NCBI GenBank assembly: GCA_938004395.1
Contig: CALKWC010000042.1
Coordinates: 1 to 54,829, forward strand
Source: an uncultured Marinilabiliales bacterium
Lineage (GTDB): Bacteria; Bacteroidota; Bacteroidia; Bacteroidales; BM523
DNA length: 54,829 nucleotides
Direction: 5' to 3'
Part shown: positions 46,463 through 54,829 of the stretch, one piece after another
Layout: every line of letters starts with the position of its first letter
Position numbering within the stretch: position 1 is the stretch's first letter
The notes under the pieces: model-generated
Databases searched by the model: none
Told to the model about the DNA's origin: nothing
The model's input: the letters and a program-made list of their open reading frames with translations, nothing else
Translations under genes and position numbers: made by a program

Positions 46463-47524
46463 ATGCAGGCAGATAAAAATGCAATAATAGAGCACTTAAA
46501 GAGAGTTGTGCATCCCGACAAAAAGCAAGACATAATAAGTCTTGGAATGGTAGATGTTGATTTCTTGGAAGGAAAAGTAGTTCTGACTTTGCGTTTTGAT
46601 AAACGCAGTGATCCTTTTACAAAAGCTATTGGTAAAGCTTGTGAAAGGGTTTTGAAGGAAGATTTGGGAATCCGAGAAGAAATTGAAATAAAAATTATTA
46701 TGCCGGAAGCGCCTCCTCCAAAAGACGTTAGTTTATCTGGTGTTAAAAATATTTTACTTGTAGCCAGTGGTAAAGGTGGAGTAGGTAAATCAACAGTTGC
46801 ATCAAATCTTGCAGTTTCATTGGCTGGTTCAGGAAAGAAAGTAGGTTTGCTGGATGCGGATATTTTTGGCCCTTCAGTTCCGAAAATGTTTGCTACCGAA
46901 AAGTATGCTCCAGAGGTTGTTGAAAAGGATGGAAAGCATATGATTGTGCCGGTTGAGAAGTATGGTGTTAAGCTTTTGAGTATTGGATATTTTGTAAAAG
47001 CTGAAGATGCAACCATATGGAGAGGACCAATGGCTTCGGGAGCGTTAAAGCAGTTATTGTTCGATGCAATTTGGGGAGAGTTGGATTATTTGATAATAGA
47101 TTTACCACCAGGAACCAGCGATATTCATCTGACTGTAGCACAGGAAACAAAAGTGGATGGTGCCGTAATTGTCAGCACACCACAGGCAGTTGCTTTGGCC
47201 GATGTAGTTAAAGGAATCAATATGTTTAAGAACGAGAACATCAGCATACCCGTATTGGGAGTTATTGAAAATATGTCCTGGTTCACTCCTGAAGAACTTC
47301 CAGATAATAAATATTACCTTTTTGGTAAAGGTGGTTGTAAAAATTATGCGGAAGCAAATGATATTGAATTGCTGGGACAGGTTCCTATTATCCAGTCTGT
47401 AAGAGAGGATGGCGATCAGGGTAGTCCTAGTGTGCTTGGAAATAAAATCATATCCGATATATTTAAAAGCATGGCTGCTAAGATTGAACATCAGTTACAT
47501 TTAAGTAAGCTAAAATCAATTTAA
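46463..47524 (+). CDS. mrp: Mrp/NBP35 (ApbC) iron-sulfur cluster carrier ATPase
   Basis: An N-terminal DUF59-like segment, the deviant Walker A VASGKGGVGKSTVASNLA, and IIDLPPGTSD. Confidence 0.85.
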   Translation: MQADKNAIIEHLKRVVHPDKKQDIISLGMVDVDFLEGKVVLTLRFDKRSDPFTKAIGKACERVLKEDLGIREEIEIKIIMPEAPPPKDVSLSGVKNILLVASGKGGVGKSTVASNLAVSLAGSGKKVGLLDADIFGPSVPKMFATEKYAPEVVEKDGKHMIVPVEKYGVKLLSIGYFVKAEDATIWRGPMASGALKQLLFDAIWGELDYLIIDLPPGTSDIHLTVAQETKVDGAVIVSTPQAVALADVVKGINMFKNENISIPVLGVIENMSWFTPEELPDNKYYLFGKGGCKNYAEANDIELLGQVPIIQSVREDGDQGSPSVLGNKIISDIFKSMAAKIEHQLHLSKLKSI

Positions 47525-47528
47525 TATC

Positions 47529-47536
47529 TATTTTTG
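47529..47536 (+). promoter_or_regulatory. TAnnTTTG -7 box upstream of the nifU-like gene
   Basis: TATTTTTG lies 17 nt upstream of the ATG at 47553. Confidence 0.4.
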
Positions 47537-47552
47537 TATAAAATTTGAAAAG

Positions 47553-47795
47553 ATGACAAACGAAGAAGTAAAACAAAAGGTAGTAGATGCATTAAATCAA
47601 GTGAAACCGTATCTTCAAGCTGATGGTGGAGATATCGAGCTGGTTGAAATTACAGATGATCTTGTTGTGAAAGTTGAATTGCAGGGTGCTTGTGGTTCTT
47701 GCCCGTTTTCAATCCAGACATTAAAAAATGGAGTTGAACAGGCAGTTAAAAGAGAAGTTCCGCAGATTAAAGAGGTAGTTGCAGTAAATTTGTAG
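47553..47795 (+). CDS. NifU C-terminal domain (Nfu-type) Fe-S assembly protein
   Basis: PYLQADGGDIELVEI...VKVELQGACGSCP. Confidence 0.8.
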   Translation: MTNEEVKQKVVDALNQVKPYLQADGGDIELVEITDDLVVKVELQGACGSCPFSIQTLKNGVEQAVKREVPQIKEVVAVNL

Positions 47796-47868
47796 CTCAA
47801 TCTAATGCTTCAATTTGTGTGAGAATTTGATTTTTAAATTCTTACATTAAATTTATGATATCATAAAA

Positions 47869-47876
47869 TAATTTTG
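47869..47876 (+). promoter_or_regulatory. TAnnTTTG -7 box upstream of porW/sprE
   Basis: TAATTTTG lies 27 nt upstream of the ATG at 47903. Confidence 0.4.
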
Positions 47877-47902
47877 CATTTTCAGAGTTTACTAAACTGA
47901 AT

Positions 47903-50590
47903 ATGTTGCAATATAGGGCCCATATACATATTAAACTTATAGTTTTTTTCGCACTGGTGGTAATGCTGGGTTGTACAACACAAAAAAATACTGTTGTAAC
48001 AAGAACCTATCATAATATTACTTCGCATTACAATGCTTACTTCAATGGTTATGAAAGTTTAAAAGCAGGTGTAAAGAAAATAGAGAAAAATGTACCGGAC
48101 AATTATTCTCTAATGCTTCCGGTTTTTAAGCATAGTTCTACAGAAGCTGCCAGTAGTGTTGTGGGGGAGATGGATAAGGCAATTAAAAAGGCCTCCAAGG
48201 TCATAACCATGCATTCAATTACCGTTAAGCCAAAGCGAAGGAGGGGTGAGAAAACAGAAGCTCAGGAGGCTTTTTACAATAGAAAAGAATACTGTAACTG
48301 GGTAGATGACAGCCACCTAATGATGGGTAATGCGCATTTTTATAAGCATGATTATTTTCTGGCAGCACAGAGTTATGTTTACATAATTCAGCAGTATTCA
48401 GATATGAGTACCAAATATGATGGTCTTGTCTGGCTTGCCAGAACATATATTGAGCAAAAGAATTTTAGGAGAGCGAAAGAGTTATTGGATCAGATAGAAG
48501 CCGAAAAGGAGTTCCCTAAAAGGTTAACCAATGCATTTGCAACAACTTATGCTGATTTTTACATGAAGCAGAAAAAGTATTCAGATGCCATACCAATGCT
48601 TGAACTTGCCATAAAAACTTCAAGGAAGAAAGTAGAAAGAGCCAGATATAAGTATATTTTGGCTCAAATTAATCAACAATTGGGTAACTCCGTTGAAGCT
48701 TCAAGATTATACGCGGATGTTGTTCGTTTGAATCCAAATTATGAGATGGCATTCAGCGCTAAGATTAACAGGGCTACTTCTTACGATGCAGGGGCTGGAG
48801 ATAGTCGTGAAATCAGGAAGCAATTGAATAAAATGCTGAAAGATGATAAAAACATCGAATATCAAGATCAGATCTATTATGCTTTAGCTAAAATCAATGA
48901 AAAAGAGAACAATGAAAAAGAAGCCATTGAATACTATAAACTTTCTGCAGAGAAAAGTATGGCCAATGCAGATCAGCAGGCACTAACATATATGGCGTTG
49001 GGTGATATCTATTTTTCCCGTCCCGATTATATTCTTTCGCAGGCATATTACGATAGCTGCTTATCTGTTCTTAATGCTGAGCATCCACGTTATGAAAATC
49101 TAAAACTTTTATCTGGTAACCTTACCGAGTTGGTTGGATATATAACAACCGTTGAGCGAGAAGATAGCCTTCAGAAAGTCGCAGCAATGGATGATAGAGC
49201 TCGAAATACAATGATTGATAAAATTATTGAAGAGCTTAAGGAAGAAGAGCGAAGAGTTAAAGAGATGGAACAGCAACGAAGAATGAATGCTGCTATGTTT
49301 GAACAGGATTCAAGAATGAACAGGGGAAGCTCAACAGGAGGAGGAGGGAAATGGTATTTTTATAATCCACAGGCTGTTGCACTTGGAAAGACACAGTTTG
49401 CCAATAAGTGGGGTACGCGAAAGTTGGCTGATAATTGGAGACGTAAGAATAAATCAGTAGTAGACTTTGGCCTGGGTGATGAAGAAATGGCCAATGCAGA
49501 TTCCACTGCAGAAGACAGGGTGGAAGATAACAAAACAAGGGAGTATTACTTGCAGGATTTACCATTGACAGATTCTGCTGTTGCTGTATCCAATGAAAGC
49601 ATAAAGAAAGCTTTGTATAAGTTAGGATTAGCCTACAAAGAAAAACTTAAAGATTACCCTAAAGCTATAGAGGCTTATAAAACTTTGAATAAGCGGTTTC
49701 CGGGAAGTGAGTATGAGCTTTATGCTTACTATGATATTTACAGCTTGTATGTTTTATTGGATGATCAGTCAAATGCAGATAAGTATAAGGCATTGATTAT
49801 AAGCAAGTATCCCGACAGTAAATATGCTTTGATATTGAAAAACCCTGATTATTTAAAGAATCTTGCTGAAAATCAAAACAAAGCGCAAAAGTTTTACGAA
49901 GAGACATATGCACAGTATAAAAACAACAATTATGCCGAGGTAATATCGAAGGTAAACCAAGCAGATACAGCTTTTGCCGGTAGTGAGCTTATGCCAAAGT
50001 TCCTGTTCTTGAGAGCATTGTCAACAGGTGAGATGGGCGATACTTCAAAGGTAAAGGCGCAGTTAAAATATTTATTAAAAGAATACCCGGGTAGTGAAGT
50101 TAAAGAGCCGGCCAGCGACATTTTGGCTGTTTTAACCAAAGGAGAGGTTTCGGAAGCTACAGGAACAGAAATCGTAAATGAGGATGAAATTGTTGAGGAA
50201 GCAGAGGAGATATATTCTTACAATGAAAAGCAAAGCCATTTTTATATTGTTATCGCTGATGGTAAGCAAGTCGATATAAATCGCTTGAAATTTAACATTG
50301 CAAATTTCAATATTGATAATTATAGCATGATTGACTTTAATGTTAGTGCTATCGTTTTGGATAAGGACGTTCAGATGATTACTGTTAAGAGCTTTGATAA
50401 TGCAACGCAAGCGGTGAACTATTTCAATGCAATCAAGGACAATAGTCAGGTCTATGCAAACATAAATTCAGACAACTACGACCATTTTGTGATATCGTCT
50501 GATAATTATGCTGCCTTCTATAAAGACAAGGATATAAATAAATACCTGAAATATTTTATAAAGCATTATCTGGAATCTTCAGGTAAATAG
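47903..50590 (+). CDS. porW: TPR lipoprotein, likely the T9SS component PorW/SprE
   Basis: Lipoprotein leader ...VVMLGC. The segment TTQKNTVVTRTYHNITSHYNAYFNG is characteristic of SprE/PorW N-termini (from memory). Multiple TPR-like repeats. 895 aa. Confidence 0.6.
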   Translation: MLQYRAHIHIKLIVFFALVVMLGCTTQKNTVVTRTYHNITSHYNAYFNGYESLKAGVKKIEKNVPDNYSLMLPVFKHSSTEAASSVVGEMDKAIKKASKVITMHSITVKPKRRRGEKTEAQEAFYNRKEYCNWVDDSHLMMGNAHFYKHDYFLAAQSYVYIIQQYSDMSTKYDGLVWLARTYIEQKNFRRAKELLDQIEAEKEFPKRLTNAFATTYADFYMKQKKYSDAIPMLELAIKTSRKKVERARYKYILAQINQQLGNSVEASRLYADVVRLNPNYEMAFSAKINRATSYDAGAGDSREIRKQLNKMLKDDKNIEYQDQIYYALAKINEKENNEKEAIEYYKLSAEKSMANADQQALTYMALGDIYFSRPDYILSQAYYDSCLSVLNAEHPRYENLKLLSGNLTELVGYITTVEREDSLQKVAAMDDRARNTMIDKIIEELKEEERRVKEMEQQRRMNAAMFEQDSRMNRGSSTGGGGKWYFYNPQAVALGKTQFANKWGTRKLADNWRRKNKSVVDFGLGDEEMANADSTAEDRVEDNKTREYYLQDLPLTDSAVAVSNESIKKALYKLGLAYKEKLKDYPKAIEAYKTLNKRFPGSEYELYAYYDIYSLYVLLDDQSNADKYKALIISKYPDSKYALILKNPDYLKNLAENQNKAQKFYEETYAQYKNNNYAEVISKVNQADTAFAGSELMPKFLFLRALSTGEMGDTSKVKAQLKYLLKEYPGSEVKEPASDILAVLTKGEVSEATGTEIVNEDEIVEEAEEIYSYNEKQSHFYIVIADGKQVDINRLKFNIANFNIDNYSMIDFNVSAIVLDKDVQMITVKSFDNATQAVNYFNAIKDNSQVYANINSDNYDHFVISSDNYAAFYKDKDINKYLKYFIKHYLESSGK

Positions 50591-50603
50591 TTAATCAAAC
50601 AAT

Positions 50604-52160
50604 ATGGACAATATTAGGATTCTCTGGACAGATGATGAAATTGATCTTCTGAAGCCACACATATTATTTCTTGAGAACAAGGGATATACTGTTGATACTG
50701 CCAGCAATGGTGATGATGCCATTGAGTTGGTGAAAAGCAATTCATTTGATCTTATCTTTTTGGATGAAAATATGCCCGGTAAAAGTGGTCTGGAGATATT
50801 ACGCGAAATCAAAAGTATTTTTCCGAGTATTCCCATTGTAATGATTACCAAAAGTGAGGCTGAAGATATTATGGAAGCAGCCATTGGAAGTCAGATTGCT
50901 GATTATCTGATTAAGCCTGTTAATCCCAACCAGATTCTGCTTACCATTAAAAAGAATATTGATCACCAGCGGTTGGTGACGAAAAAGAACACTGCAGATT
51001 ACCAGGCTGAATTTGGAAAGATTGGCATGGATATTAGCTATGCAAATAGTTGGCAGGATTGGATAGATATTTACAAAAAGGTTACCTACTGGGAACTGGA
51101 AATGGATAAATCCAATGAGAATGCTATGGATGAGGTGCTGAAGATGCAAAAGACAGAGGCCAATAATTCTTTTTTTCGCTATATAAGTAAAAACTATTTC
51201 AATTGGTTTGAGGGTGAAGGTGAAGATACACCGTTGCTGTCCCCCAATGTTTTCCGAAAAAAAGTATTTCCTTCTCTTAATCGTGGTGAGAAAACATTTG
51301 TGATCGTAATCGATAACTTAAGGTTTGATCAGTGGAAAGTGATTCAACCCCTTATAAGAGATTTTTTTTACATGGAGGAGGAAGATTTGTTTTGTAGCAT
51401 TTTACCCACTGCTACACAATACGCAAGGAACGCTATGTTTGCAGGTTTGATGCCTGCAGAAATTCATAAAATGTATCCGGATTTGTGGGTTGATGAAGAT
51501 GCAGAAGGAAGCAAAAACAGCAATGAAGAAGCCTTGCTGGAAAAGCAGCTTAAGCGATTCAATATCAACAAGAAATTTCATTACGATAAAATAAAGCACA
51601 ATTGGGAGGGTAAAAAGATTGTGGATAACCTGACCAACATTATTCACAATGATCTGACAGTCCTTGTATATAATTTTGTTGATATGCTTTCGCATGCAAG
51701 AACAGAATTGCAGATGATCAGAGAGCTTGCCAGCGATGAATCTGCATATCGTTCTCTTACCTTATCATGGTTCAGGCATTCACCTTTGCTGGATTTACTA
51801 AAAAAACTATCAGACCAGAATGTAAAAGTGATTATAACTACAGATCATGGTATGGTGAAGGTTCATAATCCAATAAAAGTTGTGGGTGACAGGAATACTA
51901 CCACCAACCTAAGATATAAGCAGGGTAAAAGTTTAAATTATAAACCAAAAGAAGTTTTTGAGGTTACAGATCCTGCCAAAGCCCATTTGCCAAAAACAAA
52001 TATTAGCTCTTCGTATATTTTTGCTACGGGTGAAGACTTTTTTGCCTATCCAAATAATTTCAACCATTATGTAAAGTATTATCGTGATACATTTCAGCAC
52101 GGCGGAATTTCAATGGAAGAAATGCTTATTCCTGTGATTACTTTAAAGTCAAAAAAGTAA
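50604..52160 (+). CDS. porX: Response-regulator receiver fused to a PglZ/alkaline-phosphatase-superfamily domain (PorX-type T9SS regulator)
   Basis: The receiver is ILWTDDEIDLLKP...DLIFLDENMPGKSG...IKP. The PglZ part is VIVIDNLRFDQW...TDHG. Confidence 0.75.
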   Translation: MDNIRILWTDDEIDLLKPHILFLENKGYTVDTASNGDDAIELVKSNSFDLIFLDENMPGKSGLEILREIKSIFPSIPIVMITKSEAEDIMEAAIGSQIADYLIKPVNPNQILLTIKKNIDHQRLVTKKNTADYQAEFGKIGMDISYANSWQDWIDIYKKVTYWELEMDKSNENAMDEVLKMQKTEANNSFFRYISKNYFNWFEGEGEDTPLLSPNVFRKKVFPSLNRGEKTFVIVIDNLRFDQWKVIQPLIRDFFYMEEEDLFCSILPTATQYARNAMFAGLMPAEIHKMYPDLWVDEDAEGSKNSNEEALLEKQLKRFNINKKFHYDKIKHNWEGKKIVDNLTNIIHNDLTVLVYNFVDMLSHARTELQMIRELASDESAYRSLTLSWFRHSPLLDLLKKLSDQNVKVIITTDHGMVKVHNPIKVVGDRNTTTNLRYKQGKSLNYKPKEVFEVTDPAKAHLPKTNISSSYIFATGEDFFAYPNNFNHYVKYYRDTFQHGGISMEEMLIPVITLKSKK

Positions 52161-52161
52161 A

Positions 52162-52590
52162 ATGTTTCAGAAAAGAATAGAGAGAACAATTACTGGAATT
52201 GATGATTTACCTGCTTTGGCAGAGGAAATATTGAAAACTTTTGGAGTACAAAATATTTTCTTGTTTCATGCTGAAATGGGTGCAGGAAAAACTACTCTGA
52301 TTAAATATTTGTGTGTAGAACTCGATGTTGTTGATGAGGTTACAAGCCCCACTTTTGCGATAGTTAATGAATATTCAACAAAAAATGCAGGATCAATTTA
52401 TCATATGGATATGTATAGAATAAAAGATGTTGATGAGGCTTTGCAAACGGGCGTTTTTGAACTGTTAAACGGGAATGAGATTTGTTTTATTGAATGGCCT
52501 GAATTAATTGAAGATTACATAGAAACTGAGGTTGTGAACATAAAAATTACCATAGAAAATTCTGGCAAAAGAATGATTACAATTTGGTAA
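52162..52590 (+). CDS. tsaE: tRNA t6A37 threonylcarbamoyltransferase complex ATPase TsaE
   Basis: GAGKTTLIK and SPTFAIVNEY...HMDMYR. Confidence 0.85.
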   Translation: MFQKRIERTITGIDDLPALAEEILKTFGVQNIFLFHAEMGAGKTTLIKYLCVELDVVDEVTSPTFAIVNEYSTKNAGSIYHMDMYRIKDVDEALQTGVFELLNGNEICFIEWPELIEDYIETEVVNIKITIENSGKRMITIW

Positions 52591-52638
52591 CTTTTTACAT
52601 TAATTTTTCGTATAAAAGGCTTTATAAAATATACAAAC

Positions 52639-53865
52639 ATGGTATCATTCGGATCTGCATCAACAAATTTCTCATTGGGTAACCCAGAAAAGCTTCTTCC
52701 ACAGGAGGAAATGCTTGAAGTTGGAAAGAAACATCAAGAATTGAGCATTGCTATCTTAAAGGAATCTACGAGCAATGAGAATAGAATACCCTTGACTCCC
52801 TTGGCTGTTGATTTGCTGGTAAATAATGGACATAGTGTGTATATTGAAGGTGATGCCGGTAAATGTGCAAATTTTCAAGATCGTGACTATTCTGAAGCGG
52901 GAGCTCAGGTATTATTCGACAAGGAGGAATTGTTAAAAAAGGATATCATAATAAAGGTCTCTTCCCTAACCGAGGAAGAAATAGAGTTGATGCCAGGTAA
53001 ACAAATTATTTTCACTGTTTTACATCCTCACAATAGAACACAAAAATATTTTAGAAGTTTAATGCAGAAACGAATAACTGCAATGGCTTTTGAATACTTG
53101 AAAGATCAGTTTGGTAATCATCAGATTGTTCGTTCTATGAGTGAGATTTCCGGTACGACATCAGTGCTTATTGCTGCAGAATATTTAAGCAATGTTCATA
53201 ATGGAAAAGGTGAAATGTTGGGTGGTATAACAGGGGTTACACCTACTGAAGTGGTTGTTCTGGGATCTGGCACTGCTGCAGAATATGCAATCAAAACAGC
53301 CATAGGCCTGGGTGCCCGCGTTAAAGTATTTGACACAGATACCCATAGGTTAAGGCAGTTGCAACAAAAAATAGGATTCAGACTGTATACATCTATTTTG
53401 TTGCCCAAGGTAGTGGACAAAGCATTGAGATCTGCCGATGTGGTTATCGGGGCATTTCAGAATATTAACGGTAAGCATAGCTTTATTGTTACGGAAGAGA
53501 TGGTTCAGAAAATGAAAATGAACTCTGTTATCATTGATATTGATATAGATCGGGGAGGAACATTTGAAACATCTAAGCTAACAACTCATAGTAATCCTGT
53601 TTTTATAGAGCATGGTGTAATACATTACTGTGTGCCGAATATTGCTTCACGAGTAGCAAGAACGGCTTCATATGCATTGAGTAATATCATTACTCCGGTT
53701 ATACTGGATATTGGTTTTTGTGGAGGAATTAAACAATTGATAAAGGAAAGTGTTGGCGTAAGAAGCAGTGTGTACCTTTTTAATGGAATTCTAACCAATA
53801 ACTATGTGGGTGAATTGCATGATATTTCTTCAAAGGATATTGATTTGCTATTGGCAGCATTTTAA
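52639..53865 (+). CDS. Alanine dehydrogenase / PNT-family NAD-binding dehydrogenase
   Basis: NENRIPLTP and the Rossmann motif VVVLGSGTAAEYAIKTAIGLGARVKVFD. The start is uncertain; an alternative M is at 52711. Confidence 0.65.
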   Translation: MVSFGSASTNFSLGNPEKLLPQEEMLEVGKKHQELSIAILKESTSNENRIPLTPLAVDLLVNNGHSVYIEGDAGKCANFQDRDYSEAGAQVLFDKEELLKKDIIIKVSSLTEEEIELMPGKQIIFTVLHPHNRTQKYFRSLMQKRITAMAFEYLKDQFGNHQIVRSMSEISGTTSVLIAAEYLSNVHNGKGEMLGGITGVTPTEVVVLGSGTAAEYAIKTAIGLGARVKVFDTDTHRLRQLQQKIGFRLYTSILLPKVVDKALRSADVVIGAFQNINGKHSFIVTEEMVQKMKMNSVIIDIDIDRGGTFETSKLTTHSNPVFIEHGVIHYCVPNIASRVARTASYALSNIITPVILDIGFCGGIKQLIKESVGVRSSVYLFNGILTNNYVGELHDISSKDIDLLLAAF

Positions 53866-54188
53866 CTAATTTCTTTGTTAGGATTCCAGAATACTTTTTC
53901 GAAATTTACAACCTGATTGTTTTCTATTGTAATTCCCTCTGATTCAAGTAGCTCTTGCATGGTTTTATCATTAGGAAAATGATTTTTTCCGCTTAGTATA
54001 CCGTTTCTGTTTACCACCCTGTGAGCCGGAATATAACCTTCGTTAAACTGGCAGTTGTTTAATGCCCAACCTACAACTCTGGCGGAGCTTTTTGTTCCAA
54101 GATATTCAGCTATGGCTCCGTATGTACTAACTCGTCCTTCGGGTATTAATTTGGTTATCCTGTAAACTTTCGTAAAAAAGTTCTTCAT
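53862..54188 (-). CDS. Alkyltransferase-like (Atl) protein: MGMT DNA-binding domain with the active-site Cys replaced by Ala
   Basis: IPEGRVSTYGAIAEYLG...ARVVGWAL...IPAHRVVNRNG, where the canonical motif is PCHRV. 108 aa with no N-terminal domain. Confidence 0.7.
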   Translation of the reverse strand: MKNFFTKVYRITKLIPEGRVSTYGAIAEYLGTKSSARVVGWALNNCQFNEGYIPAHRVVNRNGILSGKNHFPNDKTMQELLESEGITIENNQVVNFEKVFWNPNKEIS

Positions 54189-54829
54189 TAATTTTGGGAT
54201 TTTGTAATTCCTTGTTTGTTTTGAGCTGAAACTTGAGATAGGTTATGTTTTTTCCGTTTTTCAGGAAGAAAGTTTCGTAAAAAGTTCTGATTGACAGGGC
54301 GTCGCTGTGTAGTTCTTCTGCGTATATATTATCGCTGGAATAAAGAAGTGGCAAGTTGTTTTCTTTGATTACTTCAAGTGTATATTTGTGCAAAAATAAA
54401 CTGTCTGTCTTCAGATGAACAATTCCTTCAGGTGTGAGAAATTGCTTATATCGATTTAAAAAGGCAGCACCCGAAAGTCGTTTTTTTTCTCTTCTTTTTT
54501 TCATTTGGGGATCAGGGAAAGTTATCCAGATCTCATCTATCTCATTTTCTGCAAAGAAACTATTTATAAATTCAATTCGCGTTCTAAGGAAAGCAGCATT
54601 TTCAATCTTGCTCTCGTTTGCTGTTTTAGCTCCTTTCCACATTCGGGCTCCTTTAATATCAATTCCAATGAAATTTTTTTTCGGAAACCTTTTTGCCAGA
54701 CCAACGGTATATTCCCCTTTCCCGCAACCCAATTCCAGAGTAATAGGATTGCTATTGTGAAACACAGGAGAGCACCATTTGCCTTTGAGATGGAAATCTT
54801 TGTTTAAAACATCTTTGTATTCAGGTTGA
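54127..54829 (-). CDS. trmB: tRNA (guanine46-N7)-methyltransferase; 5' end runs off the window
   Basis: LELGCGKGEYTVGLA...NFIGIDIKG and WITFPDPQMKKRREKKR. The frame stays open upstream of the GTG at 54765 to the window edge (QPEYKDVLNKDFHLKGKW...). Confidence 0.8.
   Translation of the reverse strand, partial: QPEYKDVLNKDFHLKGKWCSPVFHNSNPITLELGCGKGEYTVGLAKRFPKKNFIGIDIKGARMWKGAKTANESKIENAAFLRTRIEFINSFFAENEIDEIWITFPDPQMKKRREKKRLSGAAFLNRYKQFLTPEGIVHLKTDSLFLHKYTLEVIKENNLPLLYSSDNIYAEELHSDALSIRTFYETFFLKNGKNITYLKFQLKTNKELQNPKINEELFYESLQDNQINTRRTS

Noticed and set aside
46441-47016. 191-aa minus-strand ORF antisense to mrp
   Set aside because: It fully overlaps a gene with strong Mrp/NBP35 motifs and has no motif content of its own. 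It is a typical shadow ORF.
1-54829. Search for CRISPR arrays, rRNA genes, IS elements with terminal inverted repeats, and additional tRNAs
   Set aside because: No regularly spaced direct repeats, transposase-like ORFs or rRNA-like segments were seen. tRNA-Cys is the only cloverleaf I could fold.

Overview
This 54.8-kb window is from a low-GC Bacteroidota-type chromosome. Supporting signs are T9SS genes and CTD-bearing cargo, sigma/FecR/STN signalling genes, TAnnTTTG -7 promoter boxes, and a Bacteroides-type tyrosine integrase. Most of the window (about 6.9-54.8 kb) is core genome. It holds folB, glnS, gltX, the yceD-rpmF-plsX-fabH operon, an AmgK/MurU-like cell-wall sugar salvage operon, a DUF362/polyferredoxin cluster, two giant T9SS-secreted repeat proteins, two ECF sigma modules, an M61 peptidase, mrp/nifU, porW(sprE)-porX-tsaE, an Atl-like protein and trmB. 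The left 6.85 kb is the accessory part: the right-hand end of an integrative element inserted next to tRNA-Cys(GCA). It carries a VapE/primase-like gene that runs off the window, an iteron-like CTTACTT repeat field and a tyrosine integrase. It also carries two cargo modules that look like defence or addiction systems. One is a membrane putAbiC-like protein. The other, my top candidate for a new system, is a three-gene operon: a PARP-like (candidate H-Y-E) ADP-ribosyltransferase-fold protein, a small acidic protein and a SecB-like chaperone, arranged as in toxin-antitoxin-chaperone (TAC) systems. Other points worth a second look are a HEPN/MNT pair between the two aaRS genes, a DUF362 gene split by a frameshift, and an STN/CarboxypepD_reg protein split by a single in-frame TAA downstream of sigma/FecR. 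There is also an aminosugar-kinase::RapZ-C fusion and a Cys-to-Ala alkyltransferase-like protein. All functional calls come from motif recognition by eye; no database search was run.
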